The translations under genes and the position numbers were made by a program. A stretch of 44,370 nt of DNA from a virus. Below the pieces are notes generated by a model that saw only the letters and a list, made by a program, of their open reading frames with translations, was not told where the DNA came from and searched no databases. Shown here in pieces: positions 25,644 through 33,384 of this stretch (position 1 is the first letter of the stretch; every line of letters begins with the position of its first letter). The stretch lies in the IMG/VR virus record IMGVR_UViG_3300045988_013117. One strand, 5' to 3'.

Positions 25644-25671
25644 TAATAGCACAGCGGTTCACCGGTGTCAA
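25644..25671 (-). promoter_or_regulatory. Early lytic promoter TTGACA-16-TATTAT (PR-like)
   Basis: On the minus strand the -35 is at 25671..25666 and the -10 at 25649..25644. An AT-rich tract lies upstream. Confidence 0.65.
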
Positions 25672-25720
25672 CCCCGTTTTTGTCTTAAAAGAAACTTTTT
25701 TATTTTTATTGAATTTTATG

Positions 25721-25749
25721 TTGCATAAAAGACACAAACATGATATATT
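25721..25749 (+). promoter_or_regulatory. Repressor promoter TTGCAT-17-TATATT (PRM-like)
   Basis: On the plus strand the -35 is at 25721..25726 and the -10 at 25744..25749. The ATG at 25780 is preceded by GAAAGGGG. Confidence 0.5.
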
Positions 25750-25779
25750 GGTAGTAACACAAGAAAGGGGTGTAAACAC

Positions 25780-26421
25780 ATGGCCGGTAACGATATGGCC
25801 CAAAAAATAAAGGATTTACGCATATCCCAAAACCTTACACTTGAACAGGTCGCCAATGAAGTTGGTGTTGGAAAAAGCACGGTCAGAAAATGGGAAACTG
25901 GTATGATTGCCAATATGCGCCGTGATAAAATCGCTTCCCTTGCAAAAGCCCTTCACACCACCCCGGCCTATTTGATGGGCTGGATAGATGAACCACATCG
26001 GGAAATTACAGTGGACAACCTTTTTCGGATTGAAACAAAGCAATTCCCGCTTTTGGGAAATATCGCTTGTGGGGAACCGATCTTTGCAGAACAGAATTTT
26101 GAAGCCTATGTTGAAGCCGGGGCCAATGTCCATGCTGACTTCTGCTTACGGGCAAAAGGTGATAGCATGATAGGGGCCAGAATTCAGGATGGGGATATTG
26201 TATTCATCAAAAAACAAGAAATGGTAGATGATGGTGAAATTGCCGCCGTTCTGATCGAAGATGAAGCCACCTTGAAGCGGGTGTATTATGATCAGGAATC
26301 CGGGGTTCTTCAGCTTTTTGCAGAAAACCCTAAATATAAAACCATGCGCTTCACCGGTGAAGAACTGGATCATATCAGAATTTTAGGGAAGGCAGTTGCC
26401 TTCCAAAGTGATGTTAAATAA
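25780..26421 (+). CDS. CI/LexA-like repressor (XRE HTH plus S24 peptidase domain)
   Basis: It has an N-terminal HTH (LTLEQVANEVGVGKSTVRKWE) and a C-terminal GDSM...K autocleavage domain. Confidence 0.9.
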   Translation: MAGNDMAQKIKDLRISQNLTLEQVANEVGVGKSTVRKWETGMIANMRRDKIASLAKALHTTPAYLMGWIDEPHREITVDNLFRIETKQFPLLGNIACGEPIFAEQNFEAYVEAGANVHADFCLRAKGDSMIGARIQDGDIVFIKKQEMVDDGEIAAVLIEDEATLKRVYYDQESGVLQLFAENPKYKTMRFTGEELDHIRILGKAVAFQSDVK

Positions 26422-26424
26422 GGG

Positions 26425-26895
26425 GTGATCATTTTGTTCGGTAAGAAAAAAGAATTTGCGGCTGTTGGCCCTCTGGTTGACGGGTTGCCGGTTCCAGCTT
26501 TAACGCCAATCATTGCAAAGTTGATCCCGGAAGGGTTCAATTTGAAAGCCTTGACCGGAACCAAAAAAGAGAACTGGAAGGAATTCAATTTGTCACTGAA
26601 TAAGGTTCAAAATGTTCAGTTAATGAATGAACGGGAAATCCAACAGGTGATCCAGCAATCAGTTCCGGGAATGGTCTTGGGTGCGGCGGCTTTCGGTGCG
26701 TTAGGGGCTATGGTTGGCGGAAGGGTTCAGACAAAAGAGAAAATCAAGGTTTCCACCCTTCTTGTGATTGATTATGAATCCGATGGAGCCAAACAAATTG
26801 TTTTGAATGTGTCCGACAATCTGAAGGACAGTGAACAAGTGGTGAAGCAATTTCAAAGCATGAAGCCTGTTCAGAATTCCCCGGTTCAGCTTTGA
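26425..26895 (+). CDS. Hypothetical lysogeny-module protein with a Gly-zipper membrane segment (GMVLGAAAFGALGAMVGG)
   Basis: A 156-aa ORF starting 3 nt after the repressor gene. The exact start codon is uncertain. Confidence 0.5.
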   Translation: MIILFGKKKEFAAVGPLVDGLPVPALTPIIAKLIPEGFNLKALTGTKKENWKEFNLSLNKVQNVQLMNEREIQQVIQQSVPGMVLGAAAFGALGAMVGGRVQTKEKIKVSTLLVIDYESDGAKQIVLNVSDNLKDSEQVVKQFQSMKPVQNSPVQL

Positions 26896-26898
26896 CAA

Positions 26899-27004
26899 TC
26901 CTTCAACATTCAAGATCAGAACTCTATCACTGTATTTTTCTACTTCTTTATATTTTTTTCTTTTATTTGAATTGAATATATGAATGATCTTGAATGTTGA
27001 AGGA
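26899..27004. repeat. Copy B of the AT-rich inverted-repeat element (20-bp perfect IRs)
   Basis: The left IR TCCTTCAACATTCAAGATCA is at 26899..26918 and its exact reverse complement at 26985..27004. The core 26949..26982 is identical to 10314..10347. Confidence 0.85.
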
Positions 27005-27064
27005 AGGACACATGAAACCATTCTGACACATGGATTTCATAGGGCTTCAACATCTATTCAAGAT

Positions 27065-27107
27065 AAAAAAAATGACCGCCCCCGGTGGTGGCACACCGGA
27101 AGCGGTC
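27065..27107 (-). terminator. Strong rho-independent terminator (minus strand)
   Basis: The minus-strand RNA reads GACCGC-UU-CCGGUG-UGCCAC-CACCGG-GG-GCGGUC, then A, then UUUUUUUU. Confidence 0.65.
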
Positions 27108-27150
27108 AGGCGAAACAAAACCCGTTTGAAGTTAATGTTTCAATCCCCAT
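27065..27150 (-). ncRNA. Candidate ~85-nt small RNA (or leaderless 14-codon micro-ORF) antisense to the integrase leader
   Basis: An extended -10 (TGaTATAAT) occupies 27164..27156 on the minus strand. The terminator at 27065..27107 lies about 45 nt downstream of the predicted start. Confidence 0.3.
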
Positions 27151-27214
27151 TGAACATTATATCACACCGGGTTTGGTTTTGCATACCCTTTTTCCTGAAA
27201 GGCTGGGTGATATA

Positions 27215-28228
27215 ATGCGAAATCCAAATGGGTATGGGACAGTTGCGAAACTGTCAGGCAATCGCCGCCGCCCATTCATTGTGAAGAAAGTGATTGGATG
27301 GAATGACAAGGGCCATCCAATTTATGAGATCATAGGCTACACAGAAACCCGTGAAGCTGGAAATATGTTGTTGGCGGAATACAACCGTGATCCGTGGGAT
27401 GTTGACCGGGCCAAAATCACAGTGAAAGAACTGTTTGAACTCTGGAAGGAAAAGAAGGCCCCCAAGCTGGGGGAATCTAACCGTTCATCTTTGTGTTCAG
27501 CGTTCAAGCATTGTTCAGCGTTGTGGGAAAAGCCCTATAAACAAATTCGATCCTACCAAATGCAAGAAACCATTGACGGGTGCGGGAAGGGATATAGCAC
27601 CCAAGCGGCGATCAAGAACCTTTGGGGCCATCTTGACCGGTTCGCTTTGGAAATGGATATAATCAACCGGTGCTTTTCTGATCTTCTTACTTCTGATCCA
27701 ATTCCACCAACCAGCCGCCTTCCATTCAGCAAGGATGAAGTCAAAAAGGTTTGGGCGCATCAGGAACAGCCTTGGGTTGATACCGTCCTGATCCTGATAT
27801 ATTCCGGGTGGCGGATCAGTGAACTTCTGAATTTGAAGCCTGAAGATATTGACCTTCAGGCCGGGACGATGAAGGGCGGAACCAAAACCAAAGCCGGTAA
27901 AAATCGGCTGGTGCCTATTCACTCTAAGATCAGGCCATTGGTTGAAGCCCGTCTTGCTGAAAGTGGCCCCCGTCTGATCAGCTATAACGGAAAGGCTTGT
28001 TCTCAAACTCAATACCGGATTTTTTGGGCGGATATTATGAAGGCTCTTGGAATGACACACACCCCGCATGAATGCCGCCACACCTTTGAAAGTCAACTGG
28101 ACAGCGCCGGGGCAAACCGGAAGTGTATTGATCTTCTAATGGGTCATGTGTCCAAAGACACGGGAAACCGGGTCTATAATCATAAGACTTTGGACGAATT
28201 GAAAGCCGCCGTGGAACTGGTGGAATAG
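27215..28228 (+). CDS. int: Tyrosine integrase
   Basis: The start is taken at MRNPNGYGTVAKLSGNRRRPF. The catalytic region carries HECRHTF...LMGH...Y. The 77-codon upstream extension in the ORF track is rejected. Confidence 0.9.
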   Translation: MRNPNGYGTVAKLSGNRRRPFIVKKVIGWNDKGHPIYEIIGYTETREAGNMLLAEYNRDPWDVDRAKITVKELFELWKEKKAPKLGESNRSSLCSAFKHCSALWEKPYKQIRSYQMQETIDGCGKGYSTQAAIKNLWGHLDRFALEMDIINRCFSDLLTSDPIPPTSRLPFSKDEVKKVWAHQEQPWVDTVLILIYSGWRISELLNLKPEDIDLQAGTMKGGTKTKAGKNRLVPIHSKIRPLVEARLAESGPRLISYNGKACSQTQYRIFWADIMKALGMTHTPHECRHTFESQLDSAGANRKCIDLLMGHVSKDTGNRVYNHKTLDELKAAVELVE

Positions 28229-28288
28229 GGGTTCAAAGTGGTGAACATTATAAGCCGTTGAACACTGAACTAATAACACGATAGTAAC

Positions 28289-28340
28289 AAAAAAGGCGGG
28301 AACCCCTGAAAATACAAGGGTTCCCGCTTCTTCTGTGTTT
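28289..28340. terminator. Bidirectional rho-independent terminator between int and endolysin
   Basis: The stem GCGGGAACCC/GGGTTCCCGC (28296..28305 and 28318..28327) is flanked by A6 upstream and a T-rich tract downstream. Confidence 0.7.
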
Positions 28341-28456
28341 ATTGTACCATGAATTAGTATGCTCTGCAACGCTCCGAAGCGCCCAAATACTGAACATTTC
28401 AGCCCGTTGAAAGTGGGGTAAATCGGGGGCGATAGTAACACACTAATAACACGGTA

Positions 28457-29269
28457 TCACGCCTTTTTTGCATAGTCAAGGCTGATCCATCCGGCCCCGC
28501 TTTTCAGCTTTCCCCATTTGGTGGCCCCGGTGCCGGTGCTTTCTGCCACGATGGTATAAACACCGGGTTTGATGAAGCCATTCTTCCCGTAATTGGTGCC
28601 GGGGCCTTTTCTGATATACAGATCAGAAATAGTCACCCGCACAAGATAAGGGGTCACAGCGCCACCAGCGCCGCCCGTGGCGCTGTTTCCGGTGCTGGGG
28701 GTAGTAGTTCCACCCCCGCCCGTAGAAGTGCCGCCAGAAAGCCGCCTGTTGACCTCTGCGGCAATTTCATCATGAAGGTTATAAAGATAATCACCGGGGC
28801 AAGCCTTATTAGCAAACCACCGGTGAACCGTCATAACCATTTCATTTGCCTTGGGGGTATAGGCAAGGGTTTTGTTCTTGTCCCCGAACCACAGGATTTT
28901 AGTTTTCCCGTTGCGCTTGCAAATATCGGTCACAAGGTCAAGAAGGCCGGAATATGCCTGATCCGTAACCTTGTAAGGGTGGGTGGTATCACTCGCAACC
29001 TCAATGGTTACGGCTCTGTTATCGTTGGCGCTGGAAGAACTGCACCAAGAACGATCCTTTTCTTCCACATACATTCCAACCCGGCCATCCTTGCCAATGC
29101 CATAGTTGGAAGAAGCCTGTTTGGAAGTGGGGGCAAAGATGTTCCCAAGGGTTTCAACCGTACACTGACCAACCACACAATGAATGGTGATCCGGTCAAT
29201 GGCATGGTTGCGGGGGCTGGTTTTGTTGGGGGAAATTTTGGTGTAGCTGACAAGATTACTGTTGCTCAT
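28457..29269 (-). CDS. Endolysin: N-acetylmuramoyl-L-alanine amidase (amidase_2/PGRP-like) plus C-terminal SH3b
   Basis: The N-terminal amidase region (ITIHCVVGQ...NYGIG.DGR...AVTIEVA) is joined by a Gly/Thr linker to an SH3-like tail (YIRKGPGTNY...GWISLDY). Confidence 0.85.
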   Translation of the reverse strand: MSNSNLVSYTKISPNKTSPRNHAIDRITIHCVVGQCTVETLGNIFAPTSKQASSNYGIGKDGRVGMYVEEKDRSWCSSSSANDNRAVTIEVASDTTHPYKVTDQAYSGLLDLVTDICKRNGKTKILWFGDKNKTLAYTPKANEMVMTVHRWFANKACPGDYLYNLHDEIAAEVNRRLSGGTSTGGGGTTTPSTGNSATGGAGGAVTPYLVRVTISDLYIRKGPGTNYGKNGFIKPGVYTIVAESTGTGATKWGKLKSGAGWISLDYAKKA

Positions 29270-29633
29270 TTTCGGTGTCCTCCTTTACAGGTTCAAGGGT
29301 GGGAATTTCTTCATAGTTCACAACCTTGGTCATATCACACAGGGTATCAATCAGATTGCCAAGGGCTTCAGTGTCAACCGGATAGTTGATATATTCGGCG
29401 GAAGTCTGAACCATAGCCATCACCCATTCCTTACGGGTTGCGCCATCGGAAAACTTTTGTTCCGCTTCTTCCATCAAACTGACTACCAGCCCCAACAAAG
29501 CGGCCCAATTCTTTTCTTGGGTGGCTTTCTTCACATACTCCACCAGCTTGTAGGCCAAGGGAACACAGGTGGCAAGGCCGGTCAAAACGGCCACAATCAG
29601 GGAAATAATCTGTTCAGCGTTCATGGTGTTCAT
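29256..29633 (-). CDS. Holin (LL-H family-like)
   Basis: A 125-aa ORF with an N-terminal TM segment followed by a helical domain. It lies immediately upstream of, and overlaps, the endolysin gene. Confidence 0.65.
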   Translation of the reverse strand: MNTMNAEQIISLIVAVLTGLATCVPLAYKLVEYVKKATQEKNWAALLGLVVSLMEEAEQKFSDGATRKEWVMAMVQTSAEYINYPVDTEALGNLIDTLCDMTKVVNYEEIPTLEPVKEDTENEQQ

Positions 29634-29639
29634 CCTTTC

Positions 29640-29897
29640 TTATAATTCTTTTGCGTCATTGTAAACTTCCGGGCCATACTGTTTTCGCAGTTTGATCCGG
29701 TTTTCAGCTTTTGCCTTGGAGTAATAGAAGCCTGTTGCCGTGGCCAGTTCAGCAAATATGGCCGGGATCAGATATGCAAGGGGTGAAGTGTCCCCGGTTC
29801 TCCAAACAATGGCAAGAGTAAAGGCCGTTACAATCAATGTAACGGCCCCTATACATCCCAATAATACTTTGGAGAATTCCCGCTTTTTAGCCCTCAT
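29640..29897 (-). CDS. Small two-TM membrane protein (holin/antiholin candidate)
   Basis: An 85-aa ORF with two hydrophobic segments and a charged C-terminus. Confidence 0.5.
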   Translation of the reverse strand: MRAKKREFSKVLLGCIGAVTLIVTAFTLAIVWRTGDTSPLAYLIPAIFAELATATGFYYSKAKAENRIKLRKQYGPEVYNDAKEL

Positions 29898-30201
29898 TTA
29901 CCGGGGCTGTTGGAAGTTCCAAGAATTTTTCATGAAGATCATCCATTACCCCGTTCACCCCCAAAGAATGATATTGCTTCCAGCAGTTTTCAAAATTTTC
30001 CCTTGCATAGATCGGGGCATATCCCCGCTCTGACCACTTATTGAAATCACTGATCATTTGGCTTCTCAAAAGGGCCTGAACTCCCGCTTTCAGGGCCTTG
30101 GAATCTTCTGAATTGTGCTTGATCAGGGTGTGAAGGTATTTGAAAATCCCGGCAATCACAGCGGGAACCCCAAGCAAGCACAACCATTGGTAAACCGTCA
30201 T
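29887..30201 (-). CDS. N-terminally membrane-anchored small protein
   Basis: A 104-aa ORF with one N-terminal TM segment, located in the lysis cassette. Confidence 0.45.
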   Translation of the reverse strand: MTVYQWLCLLGVPAVIAGIFKYLHTLIKHNSEDSKALKAGVQALLRSQMISDFNKWSERGYAPIYARENFENCWKQYHSLGVNGVMDDLHEKFLELPTAPVNEG

Positions 30202-30205
30202 TGGA

Positions 30206-30607
30206 TCACCCCTTTCTGATCAGGTCAAAGATATGTTGCAAATCTTCAACCGGGGCATTGTAGAAGGCGTAATTCCAAAGCCAATGATCTTCATGTTCCG
30301 GCCTTTTGTATTTCTGACAAAGGGGATCGGCCCAAATCTTATTCCACCGGTTCTGGTGGTTTTTGTCCCGCCGCTCCAACTGGATCAGGATAGCAGATAC
30401 CAAATCGCCCCGTTCCCGCCCCCGGCCATCATCGTTCTGACTGAAGAAGTCAAAAGCGTTTTGGCTGGTGATCCCGCAAATTTGCTTCCCATTCCACATA
30501 AGAAAACCGCCCTGATTGATCAAGGCGGTTCCATACGGAATATTTACATGGCCGCAAATGGCATCAAACTTGGCCCGTTTTCGGGCGATATACCGGTTAT
30601 ACTCCAT
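30206..30607 (-). CDS. Hypothetical protein
   Basis: A 133-aa ORF with no recognised motif. Confidence 0.5.
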   Translation of the reverse strand: MEYNRYIARKRAKFDAICGHVNIPYGTALINQGGFLMWNGKQICGITSQNAFDFFSQNDDGRGRERGDLVSAILIQLERRDKNHQNRWNKIWADPLCQKYKRPEHEDHWLWNYAFYNAPVEDLQHIFDLIRKG

Positions 30608-31214
30608 CGGTTACTTCCTCCCATCCATATACGCCGGGTTCCCAAACATTGTTATCCACCGTAGAAGTCCAATGCTTCCCGTTGTGGCTCACCTTTGCGC
30701 CCAAGGAATACGAATCGTGCGCTCCGATGGGGGCGATCCATTCGGGCCATTCTTCAGCCGGATCACTCGTTTTGCTCCAAAGGCTGGGGGCTTCCGGGGG
30801 TGTCCAACCTTCTTGGGAAGTGTGATCCTGAACACACTTGTAAAGGGTTCCATCATAGCGCCGGATTTGTCCGGTTTTGTAGTTGATGGGGAATGCCCAT
30901 TCTGCAAAAAGTTCAGCGTGTTCCGCCGCTGTCACAAGGTCAATGCTTCCGGCTTCTGTCAAAGTCACAAACATGATCCCGCCAGTATCGGTGGCCTTCT
31001 GGATTTCTGCACCCCCATCAGTTTCTTCCAAGCTGACAGTTTCCAGCCCTTCCAAGCTGTCCCGGCCAAGCAAATGGTACGGTGTCCCTTCAAAAACAAT
31101 GCCCGAAGCATTCTGCTCCGGGCAAAGGACATAGCAACCATTTTCGGCCTGCATGATATAGTTCAATTTTTCGGTCAAGCCAAGGCTTGCACCATCTTTG
31201 ATGATTCTGAACAT
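30597..31214 (-). CDS. Tail-associated protein with two CBM5/12-like carbohydrate-binding repeats
   Basis: The C-terminal repeats are YKTGQIRRYDGTLYKCVQDHTSQEGWTPPEAPSLW and YSLGAKVSHNGKHWTSTVDNNVWEPGVYGW. Confidence 0.6.
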   Translation of the reverse strand: MFRIIKDGASLGLTEKLNYIMQAENGCYVLCPEQNASGIVFEGTPYHLLGRDSLEGLETVSLEETDGGAEIQKATDTGGIMFVTLTEAGSIDLVTAAEHAELFAEWAFPINYKTGQIRRYDGTLYKCVQDHTSQEGWTPPEAPSLWSKTSDPAEEWPEWIAPIGAHDSYSLGAKVSHNGKHWTSTVDNNVWEPGVYGWEEVTDGV

Positions 31215-32347
31215 TTTGCACCTCCGAAAAAGATAGCATGATAAAGCCGCCGCAACTTCAGCAACCGTCCATGATCATTGAAGTTTCGGTAATATGCGCT
31301 TTGACATTCCATGTACTGTTCAATATCAGAAAACAACCGCTTCCCTTCCACAAACTCCCGGTGGAACAGTTTCAACTTTCGTCTTGCCCGTTTCACACCG
31401 TCCCGGCTTCCATTCACCTTGATCTTTCCCGTTTCCGTCAGCGTGAACCGTGCCTTGCAGAATCGGAAGGGTTTTGTCAGGGGAATGATTTTGCATTTGC
31501 GTTTGTTCACCCGTATTCCAGCGGCTTCAAACCGCCGAACAATTTCATGCCCAAGTTTCTTCAGGGCTTCCACATCTGGAAGGATTAAATAATAATCGTC
31601 CATGTAGTGGCCGAAACAGTGAACCCCGGCTTGGCATTTGATCCAATTATCTATTGCGCTGGGCATTGCCACCATTTCCTGTTGGGATGGTTCCACGCCC
31701 AAGGGCAAGCCCCGGCCCGGTGTCGGGCAAGGGGATGTTTGGATCACCATATCAGCCAAGGCCCGAAGATCAGGGTTTGGAATGAATTCTTGGTGCCGCT
31801 GATATAAAAGCGCATGGGGCGCATTTGGGAAGAAGCCCTTCAAATCCAACAGCAACACAGCACCTTCCCGGCCATAGCGCCGGAAGTGCCAATGAAGCTG
31901 TTCCTTCAATCGCCTGAAATGCCAGTGAAGCCCCTTGTTCCTTTGGCTTGCCCCATTGTCATAGATCATACAGGGGTTATACAACGGAATCAGAACTTCA
32001 TTACAAAGAACCTTGTGGATTTGCCGATCAGTGATATGTGGGGCATCTATGGGGCGAACCTTTCCACGCTCCCGCAAAGTAAAATGGGTACACTTCATAG
32101 GCTTCCAAGCCTGATCCAAAACATTCTTCCGGCGCTTGGCTGTCCCGGAAAACAGGTGGGCTTCAAAGTTTTGAACACTTTGCTTCCATCGTACCCCGTT
32201 ACAGCATTTGCGCCCATAGAAGAACATCTTGCGATAGCTGAAAACCTTGTTGATTGGCCCAAGTGCATCACACCGGGCCTGTTTTCTTTCTTGCCGCTTG
32301 ACTTTGCGGCGCTGGTATCTTGCTTCATGCCGTTCTTGGCTTGTCAT
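31175..32347 (-). CDS. DGR reverse transcriptase
   Basis: It carries the RT motif YMDDYYLI and the DGR-type LGxxxSQ motif (LPLGVEPSQQ). It lies directly downstream of the TR. The start is uncertain: M at 32347 is preferred, but the ORF is open to 32446. Confidence 0.9.
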   Translation of the reverse strand: MTSQERHEARYQRRKVKRQERKQARCDALGPINKVFSYRKMFFYGRKCCNGVRWKQSVQNFEAHLFSGTAKRRKNVLDQAWKPMKCTHFTLRERGKVRPIDAPHITDRQIHKVLCNEVLIPLYNPCMIYDNGASQRNKGLHWHFRRLKEQLHWHFRRYGREGAVLLLDLKGFFPNAPHALLYQRHQEFIPNPDLRALADMVIQTSPCPTPGRGLPLGVEPSQQEMVAMPSAIDNWIKCQAGVHCFGHYMDDYYLILPDVEALKKLGHEIVRRFEAAGIRVNKRKCKIIPLTKPFRFCKARFTLTETGKIKVNGSRDGVKRARRKLKLFHREFVEGKRLFSDIEQYMECQSAYYRNFNDHGRLLKLRRLYHAIFFGGAKCSESSKMVQALA

Positions 32348-32590
32348 AATAAAAAAGTATTCGCCTTTCGTACAGATATTTTGTAGGGTGCCATCTAATC
32401 TGCTTTGCCCCGACACATGAAATGGGTTAGACACATACCCCACCATGCAAGAAGCGTCCGTGTAAGGGCATCAAAGGGCAGTTTTAGGGATTTACACCCA
32501 AGGAAGTGCAACTCCTTTTACATCGGTCGTCTTTCACCTGAAATCCAAAAGCCGGTTTTCTGCTACTCCATTTGACCGTGTATATTTGCA

Positions 32591-32715
32591 AAATCCGGGC
32601 CGCAACCCACCAGAATTGTTAGCGTTATTGTTGTTGTAGTTGCCATCAGTCCAAACAATCATGAAATTGTTATTGTTGTTGTAATTAGGAGAACGAAGGC
32701 CCCACCAAACCGCCG
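32591..32715 (-). repeat. DGR template repeat (TR)
   Basis: A gap-free 125-nt alignment to 33394..33518. All 13 mismatches fall at TR adenines on the coding (minus) strand. The TR is rich in AAY codons. Confidence 0.9.
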
Positions 32716-32749
32716 AAGGAAACATTCACAGTTGCACACCTAATGAAAA

Positions 32750-33214
32750 TCATGCTTTTTGCTTTCCGCTTACATTTTTGATAGCCCCTTTCAGAAGTTC
32801 ATTTTCCTTGTCGATCAGCTCACCTAAATTTTGGGCCATTTTATCCAGCTTTTCCACGGCATCTTTGGATTTTACCGCAACGCCTTTGGAATTGGTAAAT
32901 GCCCCTTCCGGGTTCTGATTCAGGATCAAATAGCAATGGGTCAGGCGCACATCAAGCGCCATAAGGGAAGCCCTTGCTTCAAGCAAGTGTGCCTTCCGCA
33001 ACTCAATCCGCTGGGAATCTGAAGGGTAAATGCTGTTGGCTTTTTCAGCGTGATCAATCACTTCCCCGGCCAGCTTTGCAACCGGTTCAGCAATCAGACG
33101 GGAATACCTTGCAGATAAGCGGGTAAGAAAATTGATGGTTTCAATGTAAATTTGGTTGGCCGTGTTGATGAACTCGGCCTTGCTTGTGGTTCTTTTTTGC
33201 TTCAATACTGACAT
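32750..33214 (-). CDS. avd: Avd-like accessory variability determinant (four-helix-bundle protein)
   Basis: A 154-aa predicted all-helical basic protein positioned between VR and TR, as in the Bordetella phage BPP-1 cassette. A GGAAAGGGGTGA SD precedes the ATG. Confidence 0.7.
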   Translation of the reverse strand: MSVLKQKRTTSKAEFINTANQIYIETINFLTRLSARYSRLIAEPVAKLAGEVIDHAEKANSIYPSDSQRIELRKAHLLEARASLMALDVRLTHCYLILNQNPEGAFTNSKGVAVKSKDAVEKLDKMAQNLGELIDKENELLKGAIKNVSGKQKA

Positions 33215-33244
33215 AGATTCACCCCTTTCCGGGCCATCTTTTCA

Positions 33245-33273
33245 AGTATAGCACAAAACCACGAAAAAGCCAA
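33245..33273 (-). promoter_or_regulatory. Candidate promoter for avd-TR-RT: TTGGCT-17-(TGc)TATACT
   Basis: On the minus strand the -35 is at 33273..33268 and the -10 at 33250..33245, with a TG extension. Confidence 0.4.
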
Positions 33274-33336
33274 TTTTCAAAATTTGCGTCGGGCGCTTAC
33301 GCGCCCATTATTTTTTTTATTTTGTCCGTCCCGGAA

Positions 33337-33356
33337 CCGCCCCCTTGCGGGGGCGG
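33337..33356. other. GC-rich 8-bp hairpin with a 4-nt loop just downstream of the VR
   Basis: The sequence CCGCCCCC-TTGC-GGGGGCGG lies 28 nt beyond the tail-fibre stop codon. Confidence 0.6.
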
Positions 33357-33384
33357 GATGGGGGCCGGATCATCCTGCGGGGGA

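Noticed and set aside
26984-27214. An N-terminal 77-codon extension of the integrase ORF in the ORF track.
   Set aside because: The extension runs through the inverted-repeat element and a terminator hairpin. Integrase-like sequence begins only at MRNPNGYGTVAKLSGNRRRPF (27215).
28148-28161. The palindrome GTGTCCAAAGACAC inside int, which resembles the operator half-sites.
   Set aside because: The spacer is 4 nt rather than 6 nt, the site lies inside a coding region (HVSKDT), and no promoter is nearby. It is probably a chance match.
32534-32725. A 63-aa minus-strand ORF (MFPSAVWWGLRSPNYNNNNN...).
   Set aside because: This is the DGR template repeat read in the VR frame. It has no SD, it is rich in AAY codons as expected of a TR, and it is functionally an RNA template rather than a protein gene.
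33291-33320. The hairpin GGGCGC-TTAC-GCGCCC followed by a long T-run on the plus strand, considered as a plus-strand terminator.
   Set aside because: There is no plus-strand gene upstream to terminate. On the minus strand the U-tract is weak. It is mentioned only as part of the DGR intergenic structure.
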